Source: Octopus vulgaris
Lineage: Eukaryota
Assembly (NCBI GenBank): GCA_951406725.2
Contig: OX597815.1
Coordinates: forward strand, 60,016,001-60,080,000
DNA: 64,000 bases
Direction: 5' to 3'
The translations under genes were made by a program, and so were the position numbers. The notes below the pieces were generated by a model. It saw nothing but the letters and a program-made list of their open reading frames with translations, was not told the origin of the DNA and ran no database searches. Shown piece by piece: positions 14,214 through 27,792 of this stretch; within the stretch, counting starts at the first letter, position 1, and every line of letters begins with the position of its first letter.

Positions 14214-14220
<7 letters not shown>
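13560..14220 (-). mobile_element. Probable non-autonomous Helitron (degenerate)
   Basis: CTAG terminus with an adjacent decayed hairpin (ACCAGCGTTACCCGAG), same layout as 28827. CAGAC-type motifs near the other end and internal TAACCCTAA-like motifs. Confidence 0.5.
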
Positions 14221-14266
<46 letters not shown>

Positions 14267-14271
14267 TAGAT

Positions 14272-14308
<37 letters not shown>

Positions 14309-14392
14309 CAGAGACAGAGATAGATAAAAAGAGAGGAGAGAAGTTAGATGGTACAAATAGTAGAAATATATAACTCAGATCATAAAAGCACG

Positions 14393-14461
<69 letters not shown>

Positions 14462-14510
14462 TACATATACACACACACACACACACACATTTATATAGTT
14501 TAATTAGAGC

Positions 14511-14721
14511 TTGGGTTGTCCGGAAAGTTCGTGCCAATTTATAGTAGCTTACCTTTCGACTTATTTTAGAACATGGTTGAGTCCATAAAATAGGATTTGA
14601 CTACACCTCCATTTAGAACAGTTATTCAGGTCTCTGCAGTATAGTCTTAATGGTAAAAATTTCAGTTTATTGACTTTTTTCTTTCCTTTAAAAATCGGCA
14701 CGAACTTTTCGGATAACCCAA
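14511..14721. mobile_element. Mariner-type MITE
   Basis: About 30-bp TIRs: TTGGGTTGTCCGGAAAGTTCGTGCCAATTT and AAATCGGCACGAACTTTTCGGATAACCCAA, with TA on the right flank. Confidence 0.8.
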
Positions 14722-14956
14722 TATTAACACAAATTCACATTAATAAAGAAGGAAAGTGTAGTGCTCGTTGTGAGCCATATTCGAAATAATATTATTTTGG
14801 AGGCAACACAGGCGAAGTCTAAAAGAACATAATTGAAATATGCATCCAAAACTTATATAAATACATATATTCTCTATAAAATGGAAATAAAAGTCCAAAA
14901 TACACAAATATGTATAAATAGACAATATCAATGCAATGCATAAATACGATTGAATT

Positions 14957-14990
<34 letters not shown>

Positions 14991-14992
<2 letters not shown>

Positions 14993-15441
14993 GCAAATCC
15001 CCGAGTATAATAAGCAGGGAATTGAAAAACCTAACCCTAGTGTATAATACGCACCCCTTTTCTAACTTGAGTCGTGCGTAATTAAGCCTGCAGCACCTAG
15101 TCGAAGAAACACTTCCGCACATAATAATGGTGATGTTCTTAACTGTTATATGGGAATGTAAATATGTTTGCAAATTGTTTTTGTTACATGTTATTCTGTG
15201 TTCTGAATACTTTTATTTTAATAAATGTTGCTTACTTTTATGACTTCATTGTTTTCTGGCTTAGTTTAAGGTATTTTCGCGCCCGACATCATAAAATGCG
15301 CCTGAATAAACATTGCCGGAGAGCAAATAGAGACTCAGACATGAAAATATTTTTCATTTTTAACCTCGTATATAATACGCACTAGGGATTTTGACCTTTA
15401 AATTTTGGGAAAAAATGCGGATTATACTCGAGGATTTACGG
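14991..15441. mobile_element. pogo/Tigger-like MITE
   Basis: TIRs CCGCAAATCCCCGAGTATAA and TTATACTCGAGGATTTACGG with TA flanks. Same family as 50025-55300. Confidence 0.85.
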
Positions 15442-15649
15442 TATACACACACATATTGCATGAATGATATTTTCAACTGCATCTGATTGTTCAAGTGCTT
15501 CAATTTTGTATATCTACATATATTTATTCGATTGCTGACATTTAGCAACGGTTTCTCCCAAACAAAAGATGCATAATTTTTCTTGACTCAAAAGGACAAT
15601 TATCTGGTTCCCATCCTTATAAGTAACCGAATCTTCCTGGTGCGTTTCA

Positions 15650-15850
15650 AGATTCAAGGCCAGCAATTTTGAGGGAAGGAAAGAAATCAATTTCATCGAC
15701 CTTTAGACTGACTCTTTATTTTATCGATCACCGAAGGAATGAAAAGCAAAGTTGACCTTGGCGGGATTTGAACTCAGAATACAATGAGTTGGAAGATACG
15801 CAGCTAAACGTTTTGTCCAACGTGCCAACGACTCTATCAGCTCCCCCCTT
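15650..15850 (-). mobile_element. Degenerate SINE family A
   Basis: GAAGGAATGAAAAGCAAAGTTGACCTTGGCGGGATTTGAACTCAGAA matches the 1123-1339 copy. Confidence 0.7.
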
Positions 15851-17929
15851 ATATATATAATATATGCGTATACTTTTTATACTATGAATAATATATGATA
15901 TATATAACTATAATTATATTTTGTGTATATATATATGTTTTGTAATATATAATATACATATAATAACTATAATATATTCCAGATAAAGCGAACTTGTTAT
16001 GAGATTCCTGATTGCTATAATTGGTGAGTGATGAGTTGAACTACAATATTTCTGGAACAATATATGGATTCTGTCAAGAAACTTTTCCTATCAACTCACT
16101 CCACAAAACGTTCAATTTGATGGTGAAGCATGAATGACATGATGGCGATGTAACAGCCTTGACGTTATTGGTTCCTCAACGAACCAGTGGGTTACATTTT
16201 CACAGAATTTTAAGAACAACAAATTTCATACGAAACTAATAAGAAATAAATGGTCTGGTATGGTAATCCCTCCTAGCGGGCAACCAGAATATAATGATGT
16301 GCGTTATCTATTAATACATAAGCAACCAGTATCTTAGACGGTTTAAATCAATTGAAGGCTTTTGAGCTGAGGTTGAACTAAAACAATAAATTAAAAAGAT
16401 TTACTGTAACCTAAAGAAGAAATATGTTGGTTTACATCGTCAAAACAGCAATCAACAGACTCGTTGATGCGTACCTTTAAAAGAGAAATGGTCTATCATG
16501 TTGGGTTGAGTCCTTTGACTGAATAATGGCGTTGGTTGGTTGTAAATGGAGGCTGTAATTATTTAACCCCAGGTCAATTCTGACTGAGTAGGTTTATCGT
16601 GAATGATTCACCTCGTTTATTTTTATAGCTAATTACAACTGCATTATCTGATGTAACCTTTCTAGATGGTAAGGTATGAGGACAATTTGGTTTCTATTGT
16701 GAATGACCATTCAAAAAAGAAGTGAGGAACAATTTAGAAACCAGAGTGAAGAACGTAAGAAATGTGTCGCGCCATGTCTGCAGATAAAAAAATTATGTAA
16801 TAAAGTAATACAAGTAATATAGGTACAAATTTTAAAATTTGGACATTCAAAGGCTTGGACTTGCATTAATTTTCTTTTTTTTTTGTCTTCAGGCTTAAAC
16901 ACATACACATACAAACACATACATATACACACATGCGCGCACACATAGAATTACACATATGCACGCACACATACGGATGCATGCTCACGAGTACACACAC
17001 ATTATTATTATAAAACAATTTTAATAAAACAATGGCCCATGTACTGACTTTCTGACTATACTGAGAGTTGAGTCAAAAATTGTTGTGTAGATGTGACTGG
17101 AACTTCAAATTTCGCCTGTCGTCTTATTCAACTAGTGATGTATTCTTTATCTAGAGGTGTAGGGAGGAAATGTTGGTACGAAACAAATTATAAAACTCAT
17201 TATATACTCTTCATTCTTTCGACCAGGCTTTCCTTCTTACACAAAACACAAATAGGGAAAGAACTTGAAGTCCCAGTAAATTACATTTCAGAGTAACGTG
17301 GGTTTCTCACTTCTGATTCAACCACTCGATTCTCATCATTCCTAGAAATGGTACAAATCGGTAATTTGTAATTTAAACACTTTGTAAACAGACGAGAGAC
17401 ATTTTTAATTAAATCTTTTCCTCCCGTCATTTGATGATCTGTTATGATTTTTCCGTCGGTTTATTAAAATAATTATGTCTTATATTTGTAGTCGTATCTC
17501 ATTTTATAAGTGTGTATCTGTGTGCCTCTGACTGTCTGTTTGTAAGCGTCTATATACATTTGTATATGCTGTGTGTCTATAAATGTATATATGTATGTTC
17601 ATATGTATATATGTACATACGTACGTATGCATGTATTTATCACCATATAAATATATTTCTCTTTCAGATACACATATACGTATTTACATATGTATGTATG
17701 CATGTAAGTATGTATGTATATATGTATGTATATATGTATATATATACATACACACACACACACATATATATATACTACACATATTGCATATATACATACA
17801 TATAATATATATATACATATATATATATATTACATATATACGTATATGTATATCTACATATACCTATTTATCTATATCTATCTATCTATCTATCAATAAA
17901 TATACACATATACATATACATACATACAT

Positions 17930-17987
<58 letters not shown>

Positions 17988-18094
17988 ATATATATTCTCA
18001 CATGTACCTACATAATTACTCATATACGAAATGTAAACTTACATTTTCAAGAATTGAGTGTATGTGTGTGTGTGTATATATATATATATGTATG

Positions 18095-18132
<38 letters not shown>

Positions 18133-18534
18133 TATATATATATACGTATGTATGCATGTATGTATGTTTGTATATATATATATATATATATATCCATATA
18201 TGTACATACTCATAAACATACAGACACATACATAAATACGTGCATATGTATACGCACATACGCTTAGATATATTTCGTATATTGAAAGTAGAAACCTCGT
18301 GTATATTGCACGAAGATGCTCCACACTCAGTATGTGCATGTACGACACTCACGTACATTTGTGTGTATATATATATAATATACACCCATACATATCCATA
18401 TATGCATACATGCATACATACATAAACACGTATATGTACACATGAGCACGCGTGCGCCCGCGCACACACGTGCACATACAGTCACACAAGCACACACACA
18501 CACGTACACACACATACACACACATACACACACG

Positions 18535-18585
<51 letters not shown>

Positions 18586-18951
18586 TATATGCCTTATGAC
18601 TATATTATTTTTTCCTGTTTTAAAATTGTCCTCTATATTTAAAAAATGTTCATAGTTTATGTTTTTGCTACTGTGTATATGTATATATGCATAAGTGTGC
18701 ATCATGATACGTATGTATGTGCATATGTATGTATGTGTGTATATATGCGAGTGTGTGTGTGAATATATATATATATATATATATATTTTTTTTCTTATGT
18801 ATGTATGTGTGTGCGTGTATAAGTCCGTTTGCCTTTCAAGTGCTGTGTTTTTACTGAGATCTCCCTTTTAGTAGAAAGAATAGCTATAACTCTTTGACTG
18901 CTATTTCTAAATTCGGTGTGTGGTGAGGCAATTCGTTGCTAAACCCTTAAT

Positions 18952-19010
<59 letters not shown>

Positions 19011-20589
19011 CATATGTATAAGGTATGCAGAGTTAGCGGTTGTTGGAACCAACTAAGGAATAAAAATATCCGTATTTACTATCGGTAACAGTTGCCTGTG
19101 TTATCCCTGGGCATGGGTATTCAGGTACACTATGCTCATAGGGTACAAGTAACGATAGAATAAACAAAAGTTTATCAGGAATCAAATTTAAATAATCAGA
19201 AAATGGAGAAAACTTTTGATCAACAAACTGGACCACATCTGTACATAATTTTTTAAAACAAAACATGACATAGCAATTCTATGACATAACGTTTCATACG
19301 GCCGTTTCCGTTTCCATTGCCAGTCAGTGCTTGCGAAAGAATTTCGAAAAATATATTCGTCAGCTTCATTGGACATTCGATCTAGTACATGGAACTTCAT
19401 CAGAATGAATACAACTGCATAAAATAAAATAAAGGAAGGGAAGAAGAAATAGGAAAGAATAGGGCCTCGAGAAGAGGCCAGAAGGTTCAATATATTAAAA
19501 TCATACTATCTTCCGGCGTAGAGCTTCGAAGTCAATAGGGAAAGGAGTGATCTAGCAGTGGTCTAGGGAAATATTTACAGGTTATTTCTATATAAAGGGC
19601 GAACCAAGATGTTTGAAAAGTAGTGAAATGAAATAAGACTAGAAATTACCAATATATCTAGAAAGAGAATAGCACTTATGTTATCGCAAATAGGGCTAGT
19701 TAAAATTTATCCAAAAACAAAACCGTAGGGTTCTTATAATGGTGAAATATTATAGTGACCACCACTTGTTGTCTGAAATGGAATTCACCAAAGTCTATCC
19801 ATCACTACAATTGGTCAATTATATGTGAACCAAGGGCAAAAGTTAAAACCGTTTCAGGGGATATGTAAATAAAGAAGAAAACGAACCACCAATAAATAAA
19901 GGGTGCAGGGGAGAATACTATGATATAAGTGGTGCGAAGTCGTTTATGGCTTTCTGCAACTTCTCAATATAACATAAATAAGAATAAAATAATTAAATAC
20001 TGTCAGTCAAAATGCTATAATTTTTTATAGTTAAGGGGAGACAACTAATAAAAGTGGTACATACGAATAGAATAACTTCCTAAAAATAATGGTGATAGCC
20101 ATTAAAATTCCAAGTGGTGGTAATAGTGGACGAATAAGTAAATGTGTACACGAAAGGGCAAAAGTTCAAAACCACAAACATTTAAGCGATTGAAAGTCAA
20201 ATCACATACTAATTACTACCATGATTACAATCTCCATCTTCCAACACAGTTTACTAAATCTTACTTAATATGTATTACATTTTCCTCAAAGTTAAATTGT
20301 TCATATCAATAAATTTATTAATTATATTAGCCTTTACGTGGGTGCAGCCATACTGGGTCTACCACCAAATTACACTTTCAATCACACATAGTAAGCCCAA
20401 GTGTACTAATATTTCCTGGGAAGTCAGCTACTGCAGTAACAGGCAGTGCTCTCATAGATTTTAATATTAACTGATTGGAAGTGTTAGATCTGCTTTAATA
20501 ATAATAATAGTGATAACAATGATAACAACAACAAAAACAAAAATAATAATAACAACAGCAACAGCAACAACAACAGCAGCAGCAGCAGC

Positions 20590-20622
<33 letters not shown>

Positions 20623-20625
20623 AAC

Positions 20626-20750
<125 letters not shown>

Positions 20751-20769
20751 TAATAATAATAATAATAAT

Positions 20770-21345
20770 GCCCTGATGCAGTACCCTAAATGCCCAGATG
20801 CAGTACCAGGCAGTGGCTCCCGTGGTTTCTGATCTTAGCTAATTGGAATTGTTATCATGTACATTGTTTTGTTTTGGTATAAAAGATGGGCTACAGCAAA
20901 TATTCTGCTCAATACCACATATTTGCTTGTCAGTTGTTTGACCTTAACCAGTTGAGCATGTCCCTTAGTGGGTCACGAAATGGGCATCTCTGATCACGAG
21001 CAGAAATAGTGGGGGAGCATCATAGCCATGTGTTGAGAGGTATTCTTTGGAGTTTGAATAATTCGCCTCTGGAAACATAGGTGTTTCGTTCGACATCCTT
21101 AAATAACCCTTACTCGGGGACCTTTTGAGCAGGATGGGTTACTCGACCAGAAGAAAATTCTAACTGGGCCCCACCTGCAAGGTCATGTGCTGTTTATCTT
21201 GATATGAGATCACCATGTCGCGCACGTATGGTTGTGATGTATGTGCCTAGTGTACCCTTATCAGACAAGTAGACATGATGGGTATAATGGGCTTCGTATA
21301 TTTTACCCCAGAGTCACTTTGATGGCATGCACTGCTCTCTCTCAC
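20770..21345 (+). mobile_element. Full-length ~570-bp non-coding interspersed element inserted in (TAA)n (SINE-like, family C)
   Basis: Starts GCCCTGATGCAGTACC and ends CACTGCTCTCTC(AC)TCA-(ATA)n. At least 8 copies in this window. Confidence 0.85.
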
Positions 21346-21395
<50 letters not shown>

Positions 21396-21430
21396 CAACA
21401 ACAACAACAACAACAATATAATTGGATTTA

Positions 21431-21933
21431 ATGGCTTCTGATTTTAGCTGATTAGAAATTTTATCATGCACATGTTTTGTTTTGGTATAAAAGATGGGCT
21501 ACAGCAAATATTCTGCTCAATACCACAGCTATGCTTGGCAGTTGCTTGAGCTTAACCAGTTGACCATGTCCCTTAGTAGCTGACAATATGTGCATCTCTT
21601 ATCTCGAGCAGAAGTAGTGGGGAAGCATCATAGCCATGTGTTGAGAAGAATTCTTTTGGAAACATGGGTGTTACGTCCAACATCCTTAAACAACCCTCAA
21701 TCATGGACCTTTTGAGCGGGCTGCGCTTCTCAACCTGAAGAAAATTCTAACTTGGCTCCAGCTCCAAAGTTATGCACTATTTATCTTGCCATGAGGTCAC
21801 CATGTCGCACACACATGATTGTGATGCATGCGCCTGGTGTACCCTTATGAGATGGGTAGTCATGATAGGTATATTGGGCTTGGTATATTTGTACCGCAGT
21901 GTCACTTTGATGGCATGCACTGCTGTCTCACTC
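21431..21933 (+). mobile_element. Family C element, diverged copy
   Basis: Colinear with 20820-21345. Confidence 0.85.
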
Positions 21934-22014
21934 AATAATAATATATTTTATACCCATCTTTTGCACCAAGACAAAATATATGCATGACAACACCTCCTAT
22001 CCGTATTCTTATGA

Positions 22015-22215
22015 AGGCGATGAGCTGACAGTCATTATCACGCCGGGCAAGATGTTAAGGGTCATTTCGTCCTTCTCTACGTTCTTAGTTAAAATTCGAC
22101 TTTGCCTTTCATCCATTCGAGGTCGATGAATTAAGAATCAGTGAAACACTGGGGTCGATGTAATCAACTTAATCCTTCCCCGAAAATTTCAGACCTTGTG
22201 CCTATTTTAGAAAGG

Positions 22216-22216
<1 letters not shown>
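22015..22216 (+). mobile_element. SINE family A ending in (ATT)n
   Basis: GGCGATGAGCTGACAG..GACTTTGCCTTTCATCCATTCGAGGTCGAT..TAGAAAGGATTATT. Confidence 0.75.
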
Positions 22217-22274
<58 letters not shown>

Positions 22275-22439
22275 TTTTTTTTCTTCTTTCAAATTTGCTT
22301 CCATTTCTTACCGAGTGTCTTCCCGACTCCTAGGGCAAAGAAACTCATAGTATACATTGGTAGGCCATTAAACCAAACTCAATAGTTCGTTCATTTTTTT
22401 TTTTTAAGTTAAATTAAAATACATGCGCAGCAACAGTTC

Positions 22440-24674
22440 TCACATCGACAATGCTCTTCTCAATACGTGTGATGTACCAGTTAAGACAATCTTTTGCATT
22501 TCTTGCAGGGATGGTAAGCCAGGGATCATTCTCATATAATTTTCGGTTCCCTTCTTGATCATTCTTAGTGCTCCTACGATCACTGGTATTGTAACCGCCT
22601 TGAGATGCCACATTTTCTCAATTTCAATGAGTAGGTCTTTATATTTTCTGAGCTTGTCAAACTCTTTCGCTGAGATATTATGATCACAGGGGATGCTCAT
22701 GTCGATCAATAAGCAAACTTTATTGTTTTGGTCTTTCACAACAATATTTGGTTTATTGGCCTTGATGGTTCGGTCTGTATGTACTGGAAAGTCCCACAGA
22801 ATGGTTATATTTTCTCCTTCAGTTACAGCCTCAGGGTGGTGATTATACCACTTGTCGGCAGTTTTGATATTGTAATGCCGACTTATTAGCCAGTGTAGAT
22901 ATTGGCCAACTCTGTCATGTCTTAATTTATACTCCACTGGTGCTAAGACTTTATATCCAGAGATTAGGTGGTCCACTGTTTCAATCATGTCATTGCAGAA
23001 TCGGCATTTTGGGTTTGCTCCATTTTTCATTACATTGGCCTGGTAGTTCCGGGTTAATAGGCTTTGGTCTTGAGCAGCCAGGATGAAACCTTCGCTCTCT
23101 GCTTTTAACCCTGAGCTCCGTAGCCACTGATGGGTTTGCTTCTGGTAAACATCAGCTTGTTTGCTACGGGCCACATATTTGCCGTGCAGAGGTTTCTCCT
23201 CCCGCCTATCAGCCAATTGCTCGTGCGCTTTTTTCGTTGCCATTATTTTCACCTTCTTTGCAACAATAGTTGCCGTACTTCCCTCGGGTTGTTCAGTTTG
23301 GGTATCCTGCACGAGATCAATAGCAAATTTTTTGCATTCCTTTATGATAGAATGAAGCTTCTTTCGTCTCTCGTGATTTTCCAAGAGCTTTAGCATCCAG
23401 TCATTCGTTATTTCGAGATATTTGGCCAGTCCAATTGTGGTTGTTTTGTAAGCTAGTTCAAATTGGATCAGGCCTCGACCTCCTTGGGCTCTGGGAAGGT
23501 AAAGGCGATCTACGTCTGCCTTTGGGTGGTGCATCCTATTACAACTCAGCAGCTTGCGTATTTTCCTATCTATATTCTTTACTTCACTCATATTCCAGTT
23601 CAACACATTGTAGCTATTAGTAACAACTGGAACTACTAAGGAATTTATAGCTAACACCTTGTTACGTGCATTTAGTTCAGATTTCAGGACTGCACGAACT
23701 CTCCTATAACATTCCTTCCTGATCTTCTCTTTCATGCTTGCATGCTGAATACCAGAGCCTTCATTTATCCCTAAATATTTGTATGTTTGTTCTTGCTCAA
23801 GCTCTCTTATGACTGTGTCAACATCTAACACGACTGAATTTGTGGTCTTCACTTTCCCTTTCAGGAAAGTGGCCTTGGCACACTTCTCAAGTCCAAACTC
23901 CATCCCGATGTCATCGCTGAATGCTTTCACAGTGCGCAATAGGCCTTCAAGTTCATTATTGTCTTTACCATAAAGTTTTAAGTCATCCATATAAAATAGA
24001 TGGCTTATTTTTTTATTGGCAATTTTATACCCATACCCTGTTCTGTTTAATTCACTTGTAAGGGGTATTAGGGCTATGCAGAATATTAAAGGTGAAAGTG
24101 AGTCACCTTGAAAAATTCCACAGTTGATGTTAATATTTTCTGAGGCAAGTACTCCATTAGAGTGGTATAATAGGAGATTCGTATTCCACAACGACATATT
24201 GTGCTTCAGGAAGTTTGAAATCACAGGGGAAATTTTGAAGATGTCCAGCGATCTCAAGATCCATGGATGCGGTATACTGTCGAAGGCCTTTTTATAGTCA
24301 ATCCATGCGGAGCTGAGATTTCTGCGCTTGTTGTGACAGTTCTCAAGGATCATACGATTAATTAGCAGTTGATCTTTGCATCCGTAAGAGCCTCGGCGAC
24401 ACCCTTTTTGTTCAATAGGGAAAATATCGTTCTTCTCCATGAATGCATATGTTTTCTCCGCCAGGATAGATGTTAGGATTTTATACGTGGTGGATAAACA
24501 GGTTATAGGCCGATAGTTTTTTGGAAGGTTGGTTTCGTTATTCTTTGGGAGTAGGTAAGTAATACCACTTGCTAACCATTCAGGTGTTTTCTTTGGGTCT
24601 CTCATAATTCCATTGAGCAGCTGAACTAGCTTACCGTGTGCGCATGGGAGCGATGCGAGCCAGAAATTCGGCAC
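22440..24674 (-). CDS. Reverse transcriptase plus C-terminal zinc knuckle and RLE endonuclease of the Dong-like element (part of a disrupted ORF)
   Basis: NYRPITCL, WIDYKKAFDSIPH, GIFQGDSLSPL, HLFYMDDLKLY, CRFC..ETVDHLISG(Y), RHD, ILWDF..KP(N)IVV..LLIDMSIP. The last Cys of the knuckle and the Asp of the PD motif are substituted. Confidence 0.9.
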   Translation of the reverse strand: MPNFWLASLPCAHGKLVQLLNGIMRDPKKTPEWLASGITYLLPKNNETNLPKNYRPITCLSTTYKILTSILAEKTYAFMEKNDIFPIEQKGCRRGSYGCKDQLLINRMILENCHNKRRNLSSAWIDYKKAFDSIPHPWILRSLDIFKISPVISNFLKHNMSLWNTNLLLYHSNGVLASENININCGIFQGDSLSPLIFCIALIPLTSELNRTGYGYKIANKKISHLFYMDDLKLYGKDNNELEGLLRTVKAFSDDIGMEFGLEKCAKATFLKGKVKTTNSVVLDVDTVIRELEQEQTYKYLGINEGSGIQHASMKEKIRKECYRRVRAVLKSELNARNKVLAINSLVVPVVTNSYNVLNWNMSEVKNIDRKIRKLLSCNRMHHPKADVDRLYLPRAQGGRGLIQFELAYKTTTIGLAKYLEITNDWMLKLLENHERRKKLHSIIKECKKFAIDLVQDTQTEQPEGSTATIVAKKVKIMATKKAHEQLADRREEKPLHGKYVARSKQADVYQKQTHQWLRSSGLKAESEGFILAAQDQSLLTRNYQANVMKNGANPKCRFCNDMIETVDHLISGYKVLAPVEYKLRHDRVGQYLHWLISRHYNIKTADKWYNHHPEAVTEGENITILWDFPVHTDRTIKANKPNIVVKDQNNKVCLLIDMSIPCDHNISAKEFDKLRKYKDLLIEIEKMWHLKAVTIPVIVGALRMIKKGTENYMRMIPGLPSLQEMQKIVLTGTSHVLRRALSM

Positions 24675-24699
24675 TCTATCTTTACCGGGGGATTTCCAA

Positions 24700-26092
24700 T
24701 TATGGGCCTTCGTGAGTGCCTTTCTTAGGTCTGCTATTGTGATGTCTTCCCATGCTTGTTGTTGTAAATTTTGGTAGGATCCTTCAGTTTGTATAATCCA
24801 GTCTGCATTTATGTTGTACGTCTTCTTGTCACTCCAAATCCTTTTCCAAAAGTTTTGAACCGTTAACTTCTTTAACGGTTACTTTCTCCTTCCCTATTTC
24901 TCTGTAGAATTTTTTGGCATTGGATGTGAACAGCTTATTTTGCTTGTAAAACTTGCTTCACTTCTCAAATCTTCGTATTCTTTGGGCTTTTGCTTGGACT
25001 TTTTGTTTCAGCGTTTCTTTTATTGATATCAGTTCTTCTCTTGGTGAGGATCCAAATTTTCTCTTCATCTTTCTTCCTGTTCTGGATCTTACATCATTTC
25101 CACATATTAGTTCATTTAATATTGATATTTCCCCTCTCATAAAGTCTATCTCTTTTTCAATTTTACTTCTCCAGGTTTGATTTCTTCCCAGGTTTTGTTT
25201 TCTTTGTTTTTTCGGGGGCATACAGCTGGTTTCAATTGCCCTAGCAGAAGCGTAAATAATTTCATTTAACTCAGTAAAATCAGGTTTTAATTCTTGTATT
25301 ATTTCATTTGTTACATAGTTGCCAATTTGGATTTGTTTTTTATTTTGGTTTGTATTTGAGAGTTTATGAAGTGGTTCTCTATCATTCATACTTGTATGTC
25401 TTACAACTTCAAGCGTATTCAGGATTTTCTGCCTCATTTCTGCCATAGACTCTCTGTGTTCTTCAGCAAATGCGAGATCTTCAGTTACTGTTGTTTTATC
25501 GTTTTCCTGGCTATCTTTAACATGTACAATAGAATTTCTTGTATCTTCAGGCCTTTGCGTACTTTGGTCAGATGGTAGTCTTTCAATACTGTTCATCTGA
25601 TTCTTCATTTCCTTTGTGTCTTATATTTATGTCATTTTCCGTTGCGTGCTTGATCGCGCTTATTTCACTGTCTGTGAGTCTGTTATTTCTAAGGATATCC
25701 CTCCTCACATTTGCTAATTTGTTCTCGTCCAAATAGGGCCTACTGTCTTGATTCCGTGTTCTCCATATACTGTAAGAGTTTGCGGTGTGTCTCTCTTGAG
25801 ATGGCCTGCCTAATGCATAGTAATAAGCGTATATTACTTCTTTATACTCTTCTCGGGTCCATTTGTTCCGCTTACATTTTTCTTTCTGTGGTGGTTGTGG
25901 TGGTGAACTTGGAGGGCTCGAGTTGGGGGATTTCCCGTTCAAGTGACCATCCATGTCCGTATTCGGAGAAGAGTTTGTGCCAGTTGATGACTTTTCGATC
26001 CCAGGCTGGCTCTTCCCTGGGTAACGCGCTTCCAGATTAACCATAGGACAAGCGATTTGGTATACTGATTTAGTTTTCCTTTTAGTTTCCAA
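24700..26092 (-). pseudogene. N-terminal part of the Dong-like ORF (frameshifts and stop)
   Basis: ORFs 25583-26092 (KWTREEYKEVIYAYY..LANVRRDILRNNRLTDSEI) and 24958-25608 (WRSKIEKEI..LKQKVQAKAQRIRRFEK) are typical R4/Dong N-terminal segments. Confidence 0.8.
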
Positions 26093-26973
26093 AAAACATT
26101 TTGGTGCTACGATAATGTTATCATTTTTGAGCTTTGATTGGCCCGTGGGGAGACGGCCATCATTGCCGTTACAATTATAATCGTACCATTATAGCAGCCG
26201 CAGTCGGCTTATTATTGTTATTATCATCACCATTATTATCACTATCATCATTATCACCACCATTACCATCATCATTATCATCATCACCATCACCATCACC
26301 ACCATCATCATCAATGATATTGTTTTATGTGTAGTTACAGCAGTATCTTATTATTGTTATTTTTGTTTTTTATCATTATCATCATCACAGTAGTGTCTGT
26401 CTGTCTCGTTGGCTGGCTGACTGTCTTCAACGCCAGAGTTCTTGCCAGTCAAATAATACTTTCATATTTGGTTAACAATAGAGGTGAGGTTTGTGTTGGT
26501 TGAACTCTTTGAGTGTGTGTGTGTGTGTGTGTGTAGATAGATAGATAGATTATCAGCACTATTACTATCATTATTATCATCATCACCATCATCACCATCA
26601 CCATCAGTGATTTTTTTTTTTTTTAGGTGGGGTCCTATCGGTCAAAAAAAGTTCAGATGTTTACTACTATTAAACTTGAGAAAAATTAAGGAAGGGCTGT
26701 TCTGTATTGTTTGTGAATACAGAAGTTGTGTTCGACCAGAGAGAATCTTAGCGTCATTATTTTTTTTTTTCCATGTGCGTTTGTGTTATTGCAATAAAAA
26801 GTGTTTGTATATTTCGTGTAAGGTAATATTGTGGAGGTTGAAGTTAACTTTTCTAGAGATGTTTGTATGTCCAGTTAGAAGAAGAGGTGTGTTTTTGCAA
26901 TAAAAAGTATATGTTTACATTTATATTTGAATATTCAGGGAGGAACCAAAGAAGGAATAATAAGGAAGCTTCC

Positions 26974-27146
<173 letters not shown>

Positions 27147-27162
27147 TATCATTATCATCATT

Positions 27163-27267
<105 letters not shown>

Positions 27268-27711
27268 GAGTGAGAGAGCAGTTCATGCCATCAAAGTGAC
27301 ACTGGGGTAAAATATACGAAGCCCAATATACCCATCATGACTACCTGTCTGATAAAGGCACACCAGGCACATGCATCACAACCATATGTGCGCGACATGG
27401 TGATCTCATATCAAGATAAACAGCACATGACCTTGCAGGTGGGGTCCAGTTAGAATTTTCTTCAGGTTGAGTAGCCCATCCCGCTCAAACGGTCCCTGAA
27501 TAAGGGTTGTTTAAGGATGTTGAAAGAACCACCCATGTTTCCAGAGGTGAATTATTCAAACCCCAAAGAATCCCTCTCAACACATGGCTATGATGCTCCC
27601 CACTACTTCTGCTCGTGATCAGAGATGCACATATCGTCAGCCACTAAGGGACATGCTCAACTGGTTAAGGTCAAACAACTGACAAGCAAATCTGTGGTAT
27701 TGAGCAGAATA

Positions 27712-27714
<3 letters not shown>
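27268..27714 (-). mobile_element. Family C element, 5'-truncated
   Basis: Reverse complement of about 37028-37459, flanked by (TTA)n on both sides. Confidence 0.9.
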
Positions 27715-27791
<77 letters not shown>

Positions 27792-27792
27792 T

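Larger units (their letters stand above)
22274..26210 (-). mobile_element. Near full-length R4/Dong-clade non-LTR retrotransposon (RT plus restriction-like endonuclease)
   Basis: Single long ORF from 26092 to 22440 broken into pieces, a short 3' UTR and a (TAA)n tail at 22217-22273. The 5' end also abuts TAA/TGA repeats. Confidence 0.92.

Noticed and set aside
19335-19365. CUGACGA..GAAAUUC on the minus strand
   Set aside because: No convincing stem II.
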